The position numbers and the translations under genes were made by a program. The notes beneath the pieces were generated by a model, which worked only from the letters and a program-made list of their open reading frames with translations, was not told the DNA's origin and did no database searches. From Planctomycetota bacterium (lineage in GTDB: Bacteria; Planctomycetota; SZUA-567): a DNA stretch of 64,000 bases. The stretch is from the NCBI GenBank assembly GCA_031548195.1, contig JAVBRG010000042.1, positions 566 to 64,565 of the forward strand, read 5' to 3'. This document shows, in pieces, positions 8,566-18,233 of this stretch; position 1 is the stretch's first letter; each line of letters starts with the position of its first letter.

Positions 8566-9070
8566 GCATCAGCGACTCGACCCGGTACTTCGCCAAATTT
8601 TTACGGCCGTGCAGGAAATCCAGTTCAATCAGGAACCCCAAACCCGTCACCGTTCCCCCCTCGCGTTCAACCAATTTCACCATCGCCTCGGCCGTCCCGC
8701 CGGTCCCCAGCAGATCGTCCACGACCAGCACCTTTTCCCCCGGCTTAATCGCGTCCTGGTGCATGTGCAGGATGGCGGTGCCGTATTCCAGTTCGTAGGC
8801 CTGCTCGTAGGTTTTCCAGGGTAGCTTCCCGGGTTTGCGGATGGGGACTATGCCCCAGCCCAGCTTGTAGCCCAAAGCCGCCGCGAACATGAATCCGCGC
8901 GCCTCGGCGGCGCAGACCTTGCTGGCGCCGCTTTTGCCGAAGCAGTCGGCGAACCAATCCACCGCGTATTTGAAGGCTTTGGGATCTTCGAGGACGGGAG
9001 TGATGTCCTTGAAATAAATGCCCGCTTTGGGAAAATCGGGGATGGTGCGGATAATGCGGTTTAGGTCCAT
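8546..9070 (-). CDS. apt: Adenine phosphoribosyltransferase
   Basis: ATG at 9070 (MDLNRIIRTIPDFPKAGIYFKDITP). PRPP motif VLVVDDLLGTGGT. Confidence 0.93.
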   Translation of the reverse strand: MDLNRIIRTIPDFPKAGIYFKDITPVLEDPKAFKYAVDWFADCFGKSGASKVCAAEARGFMFAAALGYKLGWGIVPIRKPGKLPWKTYEQAYELEYGTAILHMHQDAIKPGEKVLVVDDLLGTGGTAEAMVKLVEREGGTVTGLGFLIELDFLHGRKNLAKYRVESLMHVESEG

Positions 9071-9211
9071 TTTTTTTCTCTCTCTCCCTGGCAAAAAGGG
9101 GAAAAATGCCCAGCGACGCCGAAAGAATTCGGTTAAAGTGGAGTTCACATTTATAACCCATACGCAAAACATTGCAAAGGAAAAGAGATACCGCCCGTTT
9201 CCGGCCCAGCC

Positions 9212-11347
9212 TCAGGATCCCGCCGCCCGGTCCCAGCGCTTGCCGTACAAACGGACCAGCTCCCGCCGCACCGGCAAATGCTCCCGCGAACTCAATTCGG
9301 GATCGCGTTCCAGAACCGCCGCCGCGAATCTGCGCGCCTCCACCATGATGTCCAAATCCGCCGCCAAATCGACCAGCCGCAAACCCGAGCCGCCGCTCTG
9401 CCGCGTCCCCAAAAATTCCCCGGGGCCGCGAATCCGCAAATCCGCCTCGGCGATGGCGAAGCCGTCCGCCGCCCGGAGCAGCGCCTCCAGCCGTAAACCC
9501 GCCTCGCCCTCCCGCGCGTCCGAAAGCATGACGAACCAGCCCTGGCTCACCCCCCGGCCCACGCGTCCCCGCAATTGGTGCAGCTGCGCCATGCCGAAGC
9601 GTTCCGCGTCCTCTACCAGCATCACCGTGGCGTTGGGGACATCGACCCCGACCTCGATGACAATCGTGGACACCAGGGCGTCAATCGCCCCGGCCCGGAA
9701 CCGGGCCATGATTTCCGCCTGATCGGACCGCTTCATCCTGCCGTGGAGAAGTTCCAGCCGGTAATCCTTCAGGACCCCGTCGGCAATGTCGCGGAGCGTC
9801 TCCCCGGCCGAACGGAGGTCGCTTTCCTCCGACTCCTCCACGAGCGGGCACACCACAAACCCCTGCCGCCCCGCCGCCAGTTCCCGGCGGAAAATCTTCC
9901 AGCCCTCGCCCGGCGACGACTTCGAGGCGAGGACGGTTCGCACCGGTTTGCGGCCCGGGGGCAGGGTGTCTATGACGCTTAAATCCAGGTCGCCGTAAGC
10001 CGAGAGGGCGAGACTGCGGGGAATCGGCGTGGCGGTCATGACCAGGGTGTCCGGCCGCACGCCCTTCTTGGCCAAATCGACCCGCTGGCGGACTCCGAAT
10101 TTGTGCTGTTCGTCGATCACCACCAGGCCGAGATCGCGGAATACCACGCTGTCGGAAATGGCCGAATGGGTGGCGGAGACGATGTCCAGGGTCCCATTGG
10201 CGAGACGCTCGAGAACCAGCCCCCGCTCGGACGCCGGCATCCCCCCGACCAATAGCCCGACCGAGACCCGGGCGTTATCGCTGTTTGCGAGAAAGCGGGT
10301 GAAGGTGTCGTGGTGCTGGCGGGCGAGGAGGCTGGTCGGGGCCATGATGCAGGCCTGGGTTTTATTGGCCACGGCCGCCAGCAGGGCGTACATGGCGACC
10401 GCCGTTTTGCCGCTGCCGACGTCCCCTTGCAGAAGCCGCTGCATCGGAAGTTCGCTTTTCATGTCGTGGACGATTTCCTGGACCGCCTGATCCTGGGCCG
10501 GGGTGAGGCGGAAGGGGAAGAGGCGGCGGATGCGCTGGTCGAGTTCGGGGCCGATGGCAAAGCGGCGTCCGGGGATGTCGTGGAGCGCGTGGCGGCGGGC
10601 GGCGAGGACGGTAAGCTGCAGGAAAAAGCATTCGCCCCAGACCAGGCGTTCGCGGGCGCGTTTGGCGGCGGCGGGACTCTCGGGGAAATGCATGTTGCGG
10701 ATGGCCCATTGCAGGTCGGGAAAATTCATTTCCGGAGTGATGACGTCCTGAAGCGGGTCCTCCTGCTGGTCCAGGCGGGTGTCCAGGGCGACGGCCATGG
10801 CGGAACGCCAGACGTTCTGGTTGAGGCCGCCGGTGCAGGGGTAGACGGGAACGATGCGGCCGAAATTCAGACTGGTGGCGGGGTCCCAATTTCCGGCGTC
10901 GATGTGGTCCGGCAGGACTTCGTGGAGCGGATGGTCGAGGTGAAGTATCGGCCCGACCCGGCGGGCTTTCCCGTGCAGGAGAACGCGTTTTCCGGCCAGT
11001 TTGTCCTTCAGCCAGGGCTGGTTGAACCATACCACTTCGAGGATGCCGCCGGAGCCGTCGGTGAATTCGGCGGTGGTGACGGAGGTGGGGGGCTTCCGGC
11101 CGGAGAGGGTGCGGGCGCGCTTTTTGATGGCGCGTTCGCTGACGGAAATGGCGGTGGCGAGTATGGTGGCGGGGCGGTCCCCGGGGCAATTGGCGATGGT
11201 GAACATGTTCGAACGGTCGGCGAGGTCGCGGGGGAAGGTCCAGATCAGATCCCGGACGGTGGCGATGTCCAGGCGGGCGAAGTCGTCCGCCCGGGCGGGT
11301 CCGACGTGTTTCAGGTATTGGATGCTGTCGTCCAGGGATGGGGTCAT
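9212..11347 (-). CDS. recG: ATP-dependent DNA helicase RecG
   Basis: Walker A GDVGSGKT, DEQHKFG, and helicase C motifs (HGRMK..VEVGVDVPNA..QLHQLRGRVGRG). ATG at 11347; an alternative upstream start is at 11398. Confidence 0.92.
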   Translation of the reverse strand: MTPSLDDSIQYLKHVGPARADDFARLDIATVRDLIWTFPRDLADRSNMFTIANCPGDRPATILATAISVSERAIKKRARTLSGRKPPTSVTTAEFTDGSGGILEVVWFNQPWLKDKLAGKRVLLHGKARRVGPILHLDHPLHEVLPDHIDAGNWDPATSLNFGRIVPVYPCTGGLNQNVWRSAMAVALDTRLDQQEDPLQDVITPEMNFPDLQWAIRNMHFPESPAAAKRARERLVWGECFFLQLTVLAARRHALHDIPGRRFAIGPELDQRIRRLFPFRLTPAQDQAVQEIVHDMKSELPMQRLLQGDVGSGKTAVAMYALLAAVANKTQACIMAPTSLLARQHHDTFTRFLANSDNARVSVGLLVGGMPASERGLVLERLANGTLDIVSATHSAISDSVVFRDLGLVVIDEQHKFGVRQRVDLAKKGVRPDTLVMTATPIPRSLALSAYGDLDLSVIDTLPPGRKPVRTVLASKSSPGEGWKIFRRELAAGRQGFVVCPLVEESEESDLRSAGETLRDIADGVLKDYRLELLHGRMKRSDQAEIMARFRAGAIDALVSTIVIEVGVDVPNATVMLVEDAERFGMAQLHQLRGRVGRGVSQGWFVMLSDAREGEAGLRLEALLRAADGFAIAEADLRIRGPGEFLGTRQSGGSGLRLVDLAADLDIMVEARRFAAAVLERDPELSSREHLPVRRELVRLYGKRWDRAAGS

Positions 11348-11376
11348 AGCGTTCCAGGAAGGAAAACTGAAGGCTT

Positions 11377-11410
11377 GCAAAGTGGCGATTAATCCCAACC
11401 GCCACTTTGC
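11377..11410. repeat. REP-like hairpin (gcaaagtggcg...cgccactttgc), likely terminator of gldA
   Basis: 11-bp perfect stem. Member of the GGCGATT..AATCGCC hairpin family. Confidence 0.7.
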
Positions 11411-11441
11411 ATAATTTCACTTCGTCGCCGCAAAACTTCGA

Positions 11442-12542
11442 TCACGCCAAGCACTCCTTCAATTCCCGGCCGTACTGATCCGCCGCGAGCAGCGCCGCCA
11501 GGTGATCCTCCTCCGAATACTTCACCGGTTCCCAGTGCGTGCATTCGCCCGGCTGGTTCATGCGTTTTATCGCAAGCATCAGGTGTTCCCTGGAAGTGTC
11601 CGTGATGTCCAGATCGGCCAGGCAAATCGGCAGCCGGGTGGCGAGGTGGAATTCGTAAGTCGAGGCGATGACCTCCTCCGGCTTTTGGGTGAGGAAGAGT
11701 GAGGCGAGAATCCCCATGGCGACTTTTTCGCCGTGCAGATAATGGTGCGTCTCCGGCAGTTCCGCCAGACCCTGGTGGAAGCCGTGCGCCGCCCCCAGGC
11801 CGCCGGATTCGAAGCCGACCGTCGACATCAGGGTGCAGGCTTCGACGGTGTCCTCGAGCTGGGGGGTGACGATGTGGAGGTCGCAGTGCTTGACCGCGGC
11901 CTCGGCCGATTCAAGGAGCGTTTCGTAGCAAAGTTTGGCGATGGCGTAGGCGGTACGGGTGCCGGAGTAGCCGGTGAAATTCTGCCGCCGGGTCAGGAGG
12001 CAGGATTCGGCCTCGAACCAGGTGGCGAGGGCGTCGGCGATGCCGGCGGAAAGGTAACGGGTGGGGGCGGCGGCGATGACCGCGGTGTCCACCAGGACGA
12101 TGTCCGGATTGAAAAGGCCGTGTATGTCCCGGTTGACGGTGTGGTCCTCGTTATAGACGACGGCGTTTTTGCTGCAGGGGGCGTCGGAGGCGCAGATGGT
12201 GGGGATGATGACCAGTTTGGCCGGGTGGAAGTGGGCGCCCCCCTTGGCGGTGTCGACAGCCTTGCCGCCGCCGACGCCGATGATGATTTCGCAGTTGTTC
12301 TCCTTCGCCTTGGCGGCTACGTCCCGCATGGCGGCCTCGGTGGATTCGCCGCCGAAGTCGAAGAAGACGATGTGGAGGTGACCCTTGGCGGCTTCCTCGA
12401 TTTTGGGTTTAAGCATTTTCGCTATGCCCGGGTCCATCACCGCCAGGGCGGTTTTTCCGAGCGGCTTCAGATGCTTGCCGAGTTCCCCGATAGCCCCGGC
12501 GCCCTGGATGTAGCGATGGGGGAAAATAGCGCTGCGAATCAT
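11442..12542 (-). CDS. gldA: Glycerol dehydrogenase-like iron-containing alcohol dehydrogenase
   Basis: GVGGGKAVDTAK motif and His cluster HGFHQGL..HGEKVA. ATG at 12542; alternatives at 12557 and 12584. Confidence 0.8.
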   Translation of the reverse strand: MIRSAIFPHRYIQGAGAIGELGKHLKPLGKTALAVMDPGIAKMLKPKIEEAAKGHLHIVFFDFGGESTEAAMRDVAAKAKENNCEIIIGVGGGKAVDTAKGGAHFHPAKLVIIPTICASDAPCSKNAVVYNEDHTVNRDIHGLFNPDIVLVDTAVIAAAPTRYLSAGIADALATWFEAESCLLTRRQNFTGYSGTRTAYAIAKLCYETLLESAEAAVKHCDLHIVTPQLEDTVEACTLMSTVGFESGGLGAAHGFHQGLAELPETHHYLHGEKVAMGILASLFLTQKPEEVIASTYEFHLATRLPICLADLDITDTSREHLMLAIKRMNQPGECTHWEPVKYSEEDHLAALLAADQYGRELKECLA

Positions 12543-12714
12543 GTGGTGCCTTTCCATATGCTGGGCGTTTTGGATCCTGGCCATTCCTCGCGGCGGGATC
12601 GCGGCCGGCGGTTTCCGCCCCGCCCGCGCCTCGACCGCCTACCCGCTCCATTCTAACGTTCCCACGACAAAAGGGAACCCTCTACACCGGCGTTTCCCAA
12701 AATGAATTTTTGTG

Positions 12715-12742
12715 TTGACAGCAACCGGAAAATCGCTACCAT
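12715..12742 (+). promoter_or_regulatory. Candidate sigma70-type promoter for the ATPase cluster
   Basis: TTGACA (12715-12720), 16-nt spacer, TACCAT (12737-12742), about 110 nt upstream of the ATG at 12852. Confidence 0.35.
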
Positions 12743-12851
12743 GCCGATGTTTTAGATGTAAAACTTTGCCATGGGCGGTTACCTCGTGTGTCGCGACTGT
12801 GCGGCAATACCGGCTTGCCGGCCGTTTCCGCATTCAAACAAGGAGAAGGGC

Positions 12852-13085
12852 ATGAATAAGGGCGTCTGGTGCTGCATCGGTTGTGTCGCTTTGGGGGCGG
12901 CGGGGGCGATTTTGTACATGAAGAACAAGGAAAAGCTGAAACCGATAGCGGCGAACCTGGTCGCCGGCGGCATCCGCCTCAAGGACAAGGCGCTCGAATA
13001 CGCCGAAAAAACCAAGGAATGCGCCGAGGACATCGTCGCCGAGGCCAAGCACATCAATGAGACCGGCCCCAGTCCCAAATCCTGA
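12852..13085 (+). CDS. Small single-TM protein (partner of the P-type ATPase)
   Basis: AAGGAG RBS 8 nt before the ATG at 12852. MNKGVWCCIGCVALGAAGAILYM, then an amphipathic helix. 77 aa. Confidence 0.55.
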   Translation: MNKGVWCCIGCVALGAAGAILYMKNKEKLKPIAANLVAGGIRLKDKALEYAEKTKECAEDIVAEAKHINETGPSPKS

Positions 13086-13138
13086 TCTCAAGGTCTATCG
13101 TATCCAGGTCCGGTTTTTCCGCCAACAAGGTTCAATGT

Positions 13139-15325
13139 ATGGAATATGACGTTCTCCACGACATCCCGGGGAGGCTGCGGGTGCATTGCCGCGACCCCAG
13201 GGCGACCCGTTTCGCCACCGCCATCGGCCAGCTCCTGTCCACCCAGGACGGCGTGGTCAGCGCCGAATTGTCGCCCCGGACCGGCAATCTGCTGGTCACC
13301 TACACCCGGGTCCTGCCGCGCCGGCACGTCCTGAATCTCCTAAATGTCCTTGAAGCATCGGACTGGGAGGCTATCGGCCCGAACGCCGGAAAGCCGCCGG
13401 CGACGTTTTTCGAAACGTCCCTCTGCGCCGTCGCCGCCACCGCGTTCTGGCATTTCCTGAAGTGGCTGGTCCTCCCCCCGCTGGTTCGGCACGGCCTCAC
13501 CTTCCTGCAGGCCGTGCCGTATGTCGGTAAAGGCCTGACCGCCCTGACCCGCGGCAGTTTGGAGGTGGCGGTCCTCGACGGCACCGCCCTGGCCATCCTG
13601 GCGCTGCGGCATGATTTCGTCGCCATCCGCACCATCCTTTGGATGTTCTCGGCCGCCGAGGCGCTGGAGGACTGGACCCGGGAGCAGTCGCGGAACAGCC
13701 TGACCGAAAGCCTGGCCCTGAAGGTCGATTCGGTCTGGGTCAGAACCGATACCGGGGACATCCGGCGGCCGATGTCGGAGGTGCGCCCGGGCGACCTGGT
13801 GGTGGTCCGCACCGGCAGCGTCATCCCCGTGGACGGCGTCGTGGTGGAGGGCGACGCCTTCATAAACCAGTCCGTTCTCACCGGCGAAAGCGAGGCGGCC
13901 CACAAGTGCCCGGGGCTGTCGGTTTTCGCCGGCACGGTCATTGACGAAGGGGACATCGTCATCCGGGTCGAGAAAACCGCCAATGACACCCGCCTGCAGG
14001 GCATCGTCACCTTTATCGAGCAGTCGGAGGCCTTGAAGGCCGACGTCCAGTCCAGGGCCGAACGCATGGCCGACGCCATCGTCCCCTACAATCTGTTTCT
14101 GGCCCTGGCCATCCTGGCCATCACCCGGAATCCGCTGCGGGCATCGGCCGTTTTGATGGTGGACTATTCCTGCGCCATCCGCATGGCGACCCCCCTGACC
14201 ATCCTCAGCGCCATTCGCGAAGGGGTGAAAAACGGCGTCCTCATCAAGGGCGGCAAATATGTCGAATCCCTCGCCCACGCCGACAGCCTGGTCATCGACA
14301 AAACCGGCACCCTCACCCAATCCCGGCCCGCCGTGGCCCGGGTCATTCCCTTCGCCGGCTGGAACGCCAGCGAAGTGCTCCGCACCGCCGCCTGCATCGA
14401 GGAGCATTTCCCGCATCCGGTCGGCCGGGCGGTGGTGAAGCGGGCGGAACGCGACAACCTCCGCCACCGCGAGCGCCACGCCAAGCCGGAGTACATCCTG
14501 GCGCACGGCATCGTTTCCACCTTGGAAGGCCGAAAAATTCTCATCGGGAGCGCGCATTTCGTCTTCGACGACATGGGCATCGCCCGGAACGGGGAAGCCG
14601 AGCGCGAGGCCGCCGTCGAGGCGGAATTGGGGCGTTCCCTCCTGTACATGGCCCACGACGGACATTTGGTCGGCATGCTGTCGGTGGAAGATCCGATACG
14701 CGAAGATGCCCAAGCGACCCTCACCGCCCTGTTCGATCATGGGGTCGAAAGCGTGACCATGCTCACCGGCGACGGCGAGCGGACGGCGGGTGCGGTGGCG
14801 AAAATCCTGGGGATTAGCCAGTATCATTCCGGTCTGCTGCCGGTTGACAAGGCGGATTTGATCCACGGTCTGCAGAAAAACGGCCGCAAGGTGATTTTCG
14901 TCGGGGACGGCGTGAACGACTCCCCGGCCCTTTCGGCGGCTGCGGTCGGGGTCAGCCTCAAGGACGGCGCGGACATCGCGAAGGAAGTGGCGGGAGTGGT
15001 GCTGGTGGACGGGCAGTTGTCGGGACTGGCGACCGCGCGCGCCCTTTCGCGGCAGGCGATGAAACGGATCGACTGGCAGTTCGGTTTTATCCTGGGCTTG
15101 AACTCCCTCTTGATCCTGTTCGGTTTGTTCGGGGTCATTGCGCCGCGTCTGGCGGCGCTCCTGCATAACCTGGGCACGGTCCTGGTCACGGCGCACAGCG
15201 TGAAAAAGCTCTTGCCGGAACGGCTGTCGGACGACATGGTAATCGAAATGCAATTGGAAACGCCCGATCGCGAAGTCGAGGCCGAAGTGGTCGAGGCAGA
15301 GGACGCACAGCCGGCGCGGGCGTGA
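13139..15325 (+). CDS. P1B-type (heavy-metal) P-type ATPase with SCA transmembrane motif and HMA2-like N-terminus
   Basis: DKTGTLT, TGES and GDGVNDSPAL motifs. The TM motif is YSCAIRMATP (S-C-A codons at 14168-14176) where CPC is expected. The N-terminus has PGRLRVH. Confidence 0.9.
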   Translation: MEYDVLHDIPGRLRVHCRDPRATRFATAIGQLLSTQDGVVSAELSPRTGNLLVTYTRVLPRRHVLNLLNVLEASDWEAIGPNAGKPPATFFETSLCAVAATAFWHFLKWLVLPPLVRHGLTFLQAVPYVGKGLTALTRGSLEVAVLDGTALAILALRHDFVAIRTILWMFSAAEALEDWTREQSRNSLTESLALKVDSVWVRTDTGDIRRPMSEVRPGDLVVVRTGSVIPVDGVVVEGDAFINQSVLTGESEAAHKCPGLSVFAGTVIDEGDIVIRVEKTANDTRLQGIVTFIEQSEALKADVQSRAERMADAIVPYNLFLALAILAITRNPLRASAVLMVDYSCAIRMATPLTILSAIREGVKNGVLIKGGKYVESLAHADSLVIDKTGTLTQSRPAVARVIPFAGWNASEVLRTAACIEEHFPHPVGRAVVKRAERDNLRHRERHAKPEYILAHGIVSTLEGRKILIGSAHFVFDDMGIARNGEAEREAAVEAELGRSLLYMAHDGHLVGMLSVEDPIREDAQATLTALFDHGVESVTMLTGDGERTAGAVAKILGISQYHSGLLPVDKADLIHGLQKNGRKVIFVGDGVNDSPALSAAAVGVSLKDGADIAKEVAGVVLVDGQLSGLATARALSRQAMKRIDWQFGFILGLNSLLILFGLFGVIAPRLAALLHNLGTVLVTAHSVKKLLPERLSDDMVIEMQLETPDREVEAEVVEAEDAQPARA

Positions 15326-15333
15326 CTTTCCCG

Positions 15334-15399
15334 CTTTATCCCGACCCATCATCCCCTTTATCCCGGTTCACCACCTGCTTTATCCCGGTTCATCACCTC
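15334..15399. repeat. 22-bp direct repeat x3 (ctttatcccggttca.cacct.)
   Basis: Units start at 15334, 15356 and 15378, between the ATPase stop and the HMA2-like gene. Confidence 0.8.
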
Positions 15400-15413
15400 C
15401 ACAGAAAGGATCT

Positions 15414-15650
15414 ATGAAAATCGAAAGCTTTTTTCCCGGCCGGCTGCGGGTGAGTTCGCCGCTGTTCACCCAATCGGGAGTTTACGACCGGATTAGCGAA
15501 TATGTGAACGGGATTGACGGCATAAGGAATATTTCCGGCAACCTCCGCACCGGCAGTATCACCGTCCTCTACGACCCCGAGCGCATCACTACGCCGATGC
15601 TGATGGACGCCAAGGAGGAACTGGAACGCCTGGAAATGGAGTCGGCATAG
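15414..15650 (+). CDS. HMA2-like small protein (FPGRLRV motif)
   Basis: 78 aa. MKIESFFPGRLRVSS...GSITVLYDP mirrors the N-terminus of the adjacent ATPase (IPGRLRVHC...GNLLVTYT). RBS aaagga. Confidence 0.6.
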   Translation: MKIESFFPGRLRVSSPLFTQSGVYDRISEYVNGIDGIRNISGNLRTGSITVLYDPERITTPMLMDAKEELERLEMESA

Positions 15651-15684
15651 CGCTCAGGTAAAATCCAAAATTACCGGTGTTTTT

Positions 15685-15719
15685 CGAAGTGGCGATGGAC
15701 CGATTCCATCGCCACTTCG
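15685..15719. repeat. REP-like hairpin, bidirectional terminator between convergent genes
   Basis: cgaagtggcgatgga ccgat tccatcgccacttcg, a 15-bp perfect stem. Confidence 0.75.
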
Positions 15720-15730
15720 CGTTACAGCGG

Positions 15731-16675
15731 TCAATCCCGTTTCTTGATACTCTGGAGCAGCACGGCGGCGACGATGATTAGACCCTTGGTGACCTGTTGC
15801 TGGTAGGACGGGATTCCGGTCAGGTTCATGATGTTCCCGATCATCCCGAGAATCAGGACGCCCAGCAAGGTGTGGGTGGCGCTGCCGTAGCCGCCGGAGA
15901 GGCTGGCGCCGCCGATGACCACCGCGGCGATGGAATCGAGTTCCAGCCCTTGTCCGGCGTTCGCCGAGCCGATGCCGGTGCGGGTGGTGGAGATGATGCC
16001 GGCCATGGCGGCGCACATGCCGGAAATGGCGTAGACCCAGAACTTGTACCAGCTGGTGCGGATGCCGGCCAGGCGGACCGCGGTCTCGTTCGAGCCGATG
16101 GCGACGGCGAGCCGGCCAAAGGAGGTCTTTCTAAGAATGAAGAGGGTGACGAGAAAGACCGCCAGCATGATGAAGACCGGGGCCGGGATGCCGAAATAGT
16201 AGTCGGTGCTGAGATCCTTCAGGAACTTCGCCTGGGGGGGAAGGCGGATGGGGGCGGCGTTCGAGTAGATGTAGGCGAAGCCGCGGGCGATGGTCATGCC
16301 GGCCAGGGTCACGACAAAGGGCGCCATGTTCCGCCAGGCCACGAAAAGCCCGTGAAACATGCCCATGAGCGCCCCGACGCCAAGCGTCAGGGCGATGGTG
16401 AGGGGGGCGCCGAACTTGAAGGAAAAGAGGGCGGCGGAGACGCTCGTCAGGGCCACCACGGAACCGACCGACAGATCGATGCCGCCGGTGAGAATGACCA
16501 TGAGCATGCCCATGCTGGCCAGGCCGTTGGGGGTTACTTGCCGCAACAGATTGAAGAGATTCTGCTGGGTGAGGAACACCTTGGACATCACGGCGGAGAC
16601 GATGAACAGCGCCGCGAAGATCAGGTGCGTGTTGTATTTCAGCAAAAATGCCGCAATGGGCGATCCGCGCTTCAT
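15731..16675 (-). CDS. Sugar ABC transporter permease (RbsC/CUT2 type), system 2
   Basis: 314 aa with about 10 TM helices. ILTGGIDLSVGS and SLSGGYGS motifs. Confidence 0.9.
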   Translation of the reverse strand: MKRGSPIAAFLLKYNTHLIFAALFIVSAVMSKVFLTQQNLFNLLRQVTPNGLASMGMLMVILTGGIDLSVGSVVALTSVSAALFSFKFGAPLTIALTLGVGALMGMFHGLFVAWRNMAPFVVTLAGMTIARGFAYIYSNAAPIRLPPQAKFLKDLSTDYYFGIPAPVFIMLAVFLVTLFILRKTSFGRLAVAIGSNETAVRLAGIRTSWYKFWVYAISGMCAAMAGIISTTRTGIGSANAGQGLELDSIAAVVIGGASLSGGYGSATHTLLGVLILGMIGNIMNLTGIPSYQQQVTKGLIIVAAVLLQSIKKRD

Positions 16676-16687
16676 TTCATCCTCCGT

Positions 16688-18169
16688 TCAACTGATCTGT
16701 ATGGCGTAACGCATCATTTGTTCCTCGGTGATTTCGTCGCCCGTCAATTCGCCGGTCACCTGGCCGTTACGAATCACCAGGACCCGGTCGCAGATGCCAA
16801 TCAGCTCCAGCAACTCCGAGGAAATGACCAGAACCGCCAGTCCCGACTCGGCAAGGGAATTAATCAATTCGTAGATTTCGTACTTCGCCCCGACATCGAC
16901 CCCCCGGGTCGGTTCGTCGAGGATCATCACCCGGAATTGCGAGGCGAACCATTTCGCCAGCACCACCTTCTGCTGATTGCCCCCGGACAGGGACGACACC
17001 GGATTGTCCATGTTGTCGGTCTTGATGGCGAGGCGTTTGACCAGATCCCCGACGACGTTACGCTCCTTCCTTCCCTTGATCACCCCCCAGACCCCGGACA
17101 CCTTCTTCAAGGACGCCATGGTGGCGTTCTCGCGGATGGACATCCTGAGGAGGGCGCCTTGCCCCTTGCGGTCCTCCGGCACCAGGCCGATGCCGGCGGC
17201 GACGGCGTCCTTGGGGTGATGGGCGCGCATCTCGACCCCGTCGACGTACACCCGCCCGCCCAGCCGGGGGTCGGCGCCGAAGATGGCGCGGGCAATCTCC
17301 GTGCGGCCGCTTCCCACCAGTCCGGCCAGGCCCAGGACCTCCCCGGCGTGAATTTCGAAGGACACTCCCGCCACCTTCTCGTTGACCAGGCCCTCGACCT
17401 TCAGGACGACGGGGCCCCGGACGGCATTCCGTTTGGGGTAGAGGGCGGTCAGTTCGCGGCCGATCATGGCGGCGATGAGGGTGTCCTGGTTTATTTCCGA
17501 GGTCTTGAAGCGGCCGGTGACGGAACCGTCCTTCATGGCGGTGACCCGATCGGTGATGGCGAAAATTTCCTCGAGGCGGTGGGAAATGTAGACGATGGAA
17601 ACGCCCTGTTCCCGCAGCAAGCCAAGAATCTTGAAGAGCCGCTCCAAATCGGACGGGGCGAGGACAGCCGAAGGCTCGTCGAGAATCAGCACCTTGACGT
17701 TTTCCGAAAGCGCTTTCGCGATTTCCACCACCTGCTGGTAGGCGACGCTGAGGCTGCCGACCCGGGCCAGGGGGTCGATGTCGAAGCCGAGGCGGGCGAG
17801 GAGCTCGCGGGTGTCGGCGGTGAGCTTGCGCCAATTGACCAGGCGCGACTGGGGGAGGCGGGAGATATAGACGTTCTCGGCGACGGTGAGATCGGGGGCG
17901 AGGGCGAATTCCTGGTAGATGATGCCGATGCCGAGGCGGCGGCTGTCGCTTGGCGACTTGATGTCCACCTTTTCGCCGGACAATAGAACCGTTCCGGCGT
18001 CCTTCTTGACGGCGCCGGAGAGAATTTTCATGAGGGTGGATTTGCCGGCGCCGTTTTCGCCGACCAGGCCGTGGATTTCCCCGGGATTGACCGAGAAATC
18101 GACCGCCTTCAAGGCTTCCACGCCGCCGTAGAATTTGCTGATGCCTTGCATTTCGACGCTGGGGGTCAT
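16688..18169 (-). CDS. Sugar ABC transporter ATP-binding protein (duplicated ATPase, RbsA type), system 2
   Basis: GENGAGKST, LSGGNQQK and ILDEPTRGVD motifs. ATG at 18169 (MTPSVEMQGISKF). Confidence 0.92.
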   Translation of the reverse strand: MTPSVEMQGISKFYGGVEALKAVDFSVNPGEIHGLVGENGAGKSTLMKILSGAVKKDAGTVLLSGEKVDIKSPSDSRRLGIGIIYQEFALAPDLTVAENVYISRLPQSRLVNWRKLTADTRELLARLGFDIDPLARVGSLSVAYQQVVEIAKALSENVKVLILDEPSAVLAPSDLERLFKILGLLREQGVSIVYISHRLEEIFAITDRVTAMKDGSVTGRFKTSEINQDTLIAAMIGRELTALYPKRNAVRGPVVLKVEGLVNEKVAGVSFEIHAGEVLGLAGLVGSGRTEIARAIFGADPRLGGRVYVDGVEMRAHHPKDAVAAGIGLVPEDRKGQGALLRMSIRENATMASLKKVSGVWGVIKGRKERNVVGDLVKRLAIKTDNMDNPVSSLSGGNQQKVVLAKWFASQFRVMILDEPTRGVDVGAKYEIYELINSLAESGLAVLVISSELLELIGICDRVLVIRNGQVTGELTGDEITEEQMMRYAIQIS

Positions 18170-18186
18170 GGCTGTTTTCCTTTTGT

Positions 18187-18218
18187 CAAGCGGCGATTGA
18201 ACCGCCAATCGCCGCTTG
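18187..18218. repeat. REP-like hairpin directly after the binding-protein gene (intercistronic)
   Basis: caagcggcgatt gaaccgcc aatcgccgcttg. Confidence 0.75.
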
Positions 18219-18233
18219 GCAAAAATCGTTGGT

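Noticed and set aside
13340-15352. Long antisense ORFs: 13340-15352, 15797-17986, 18418-20319, 19371-20795, 3347-5101, 10310-11392, 36107-37576, 41986-43233, 55478-57148 and 61373-63514
   Set aside because: Each lies opposite a gene with clear family motifs. Their products are Arg/Gly/Pro/His-rich low-complexity sequence, typical of high-GC shadow frames.
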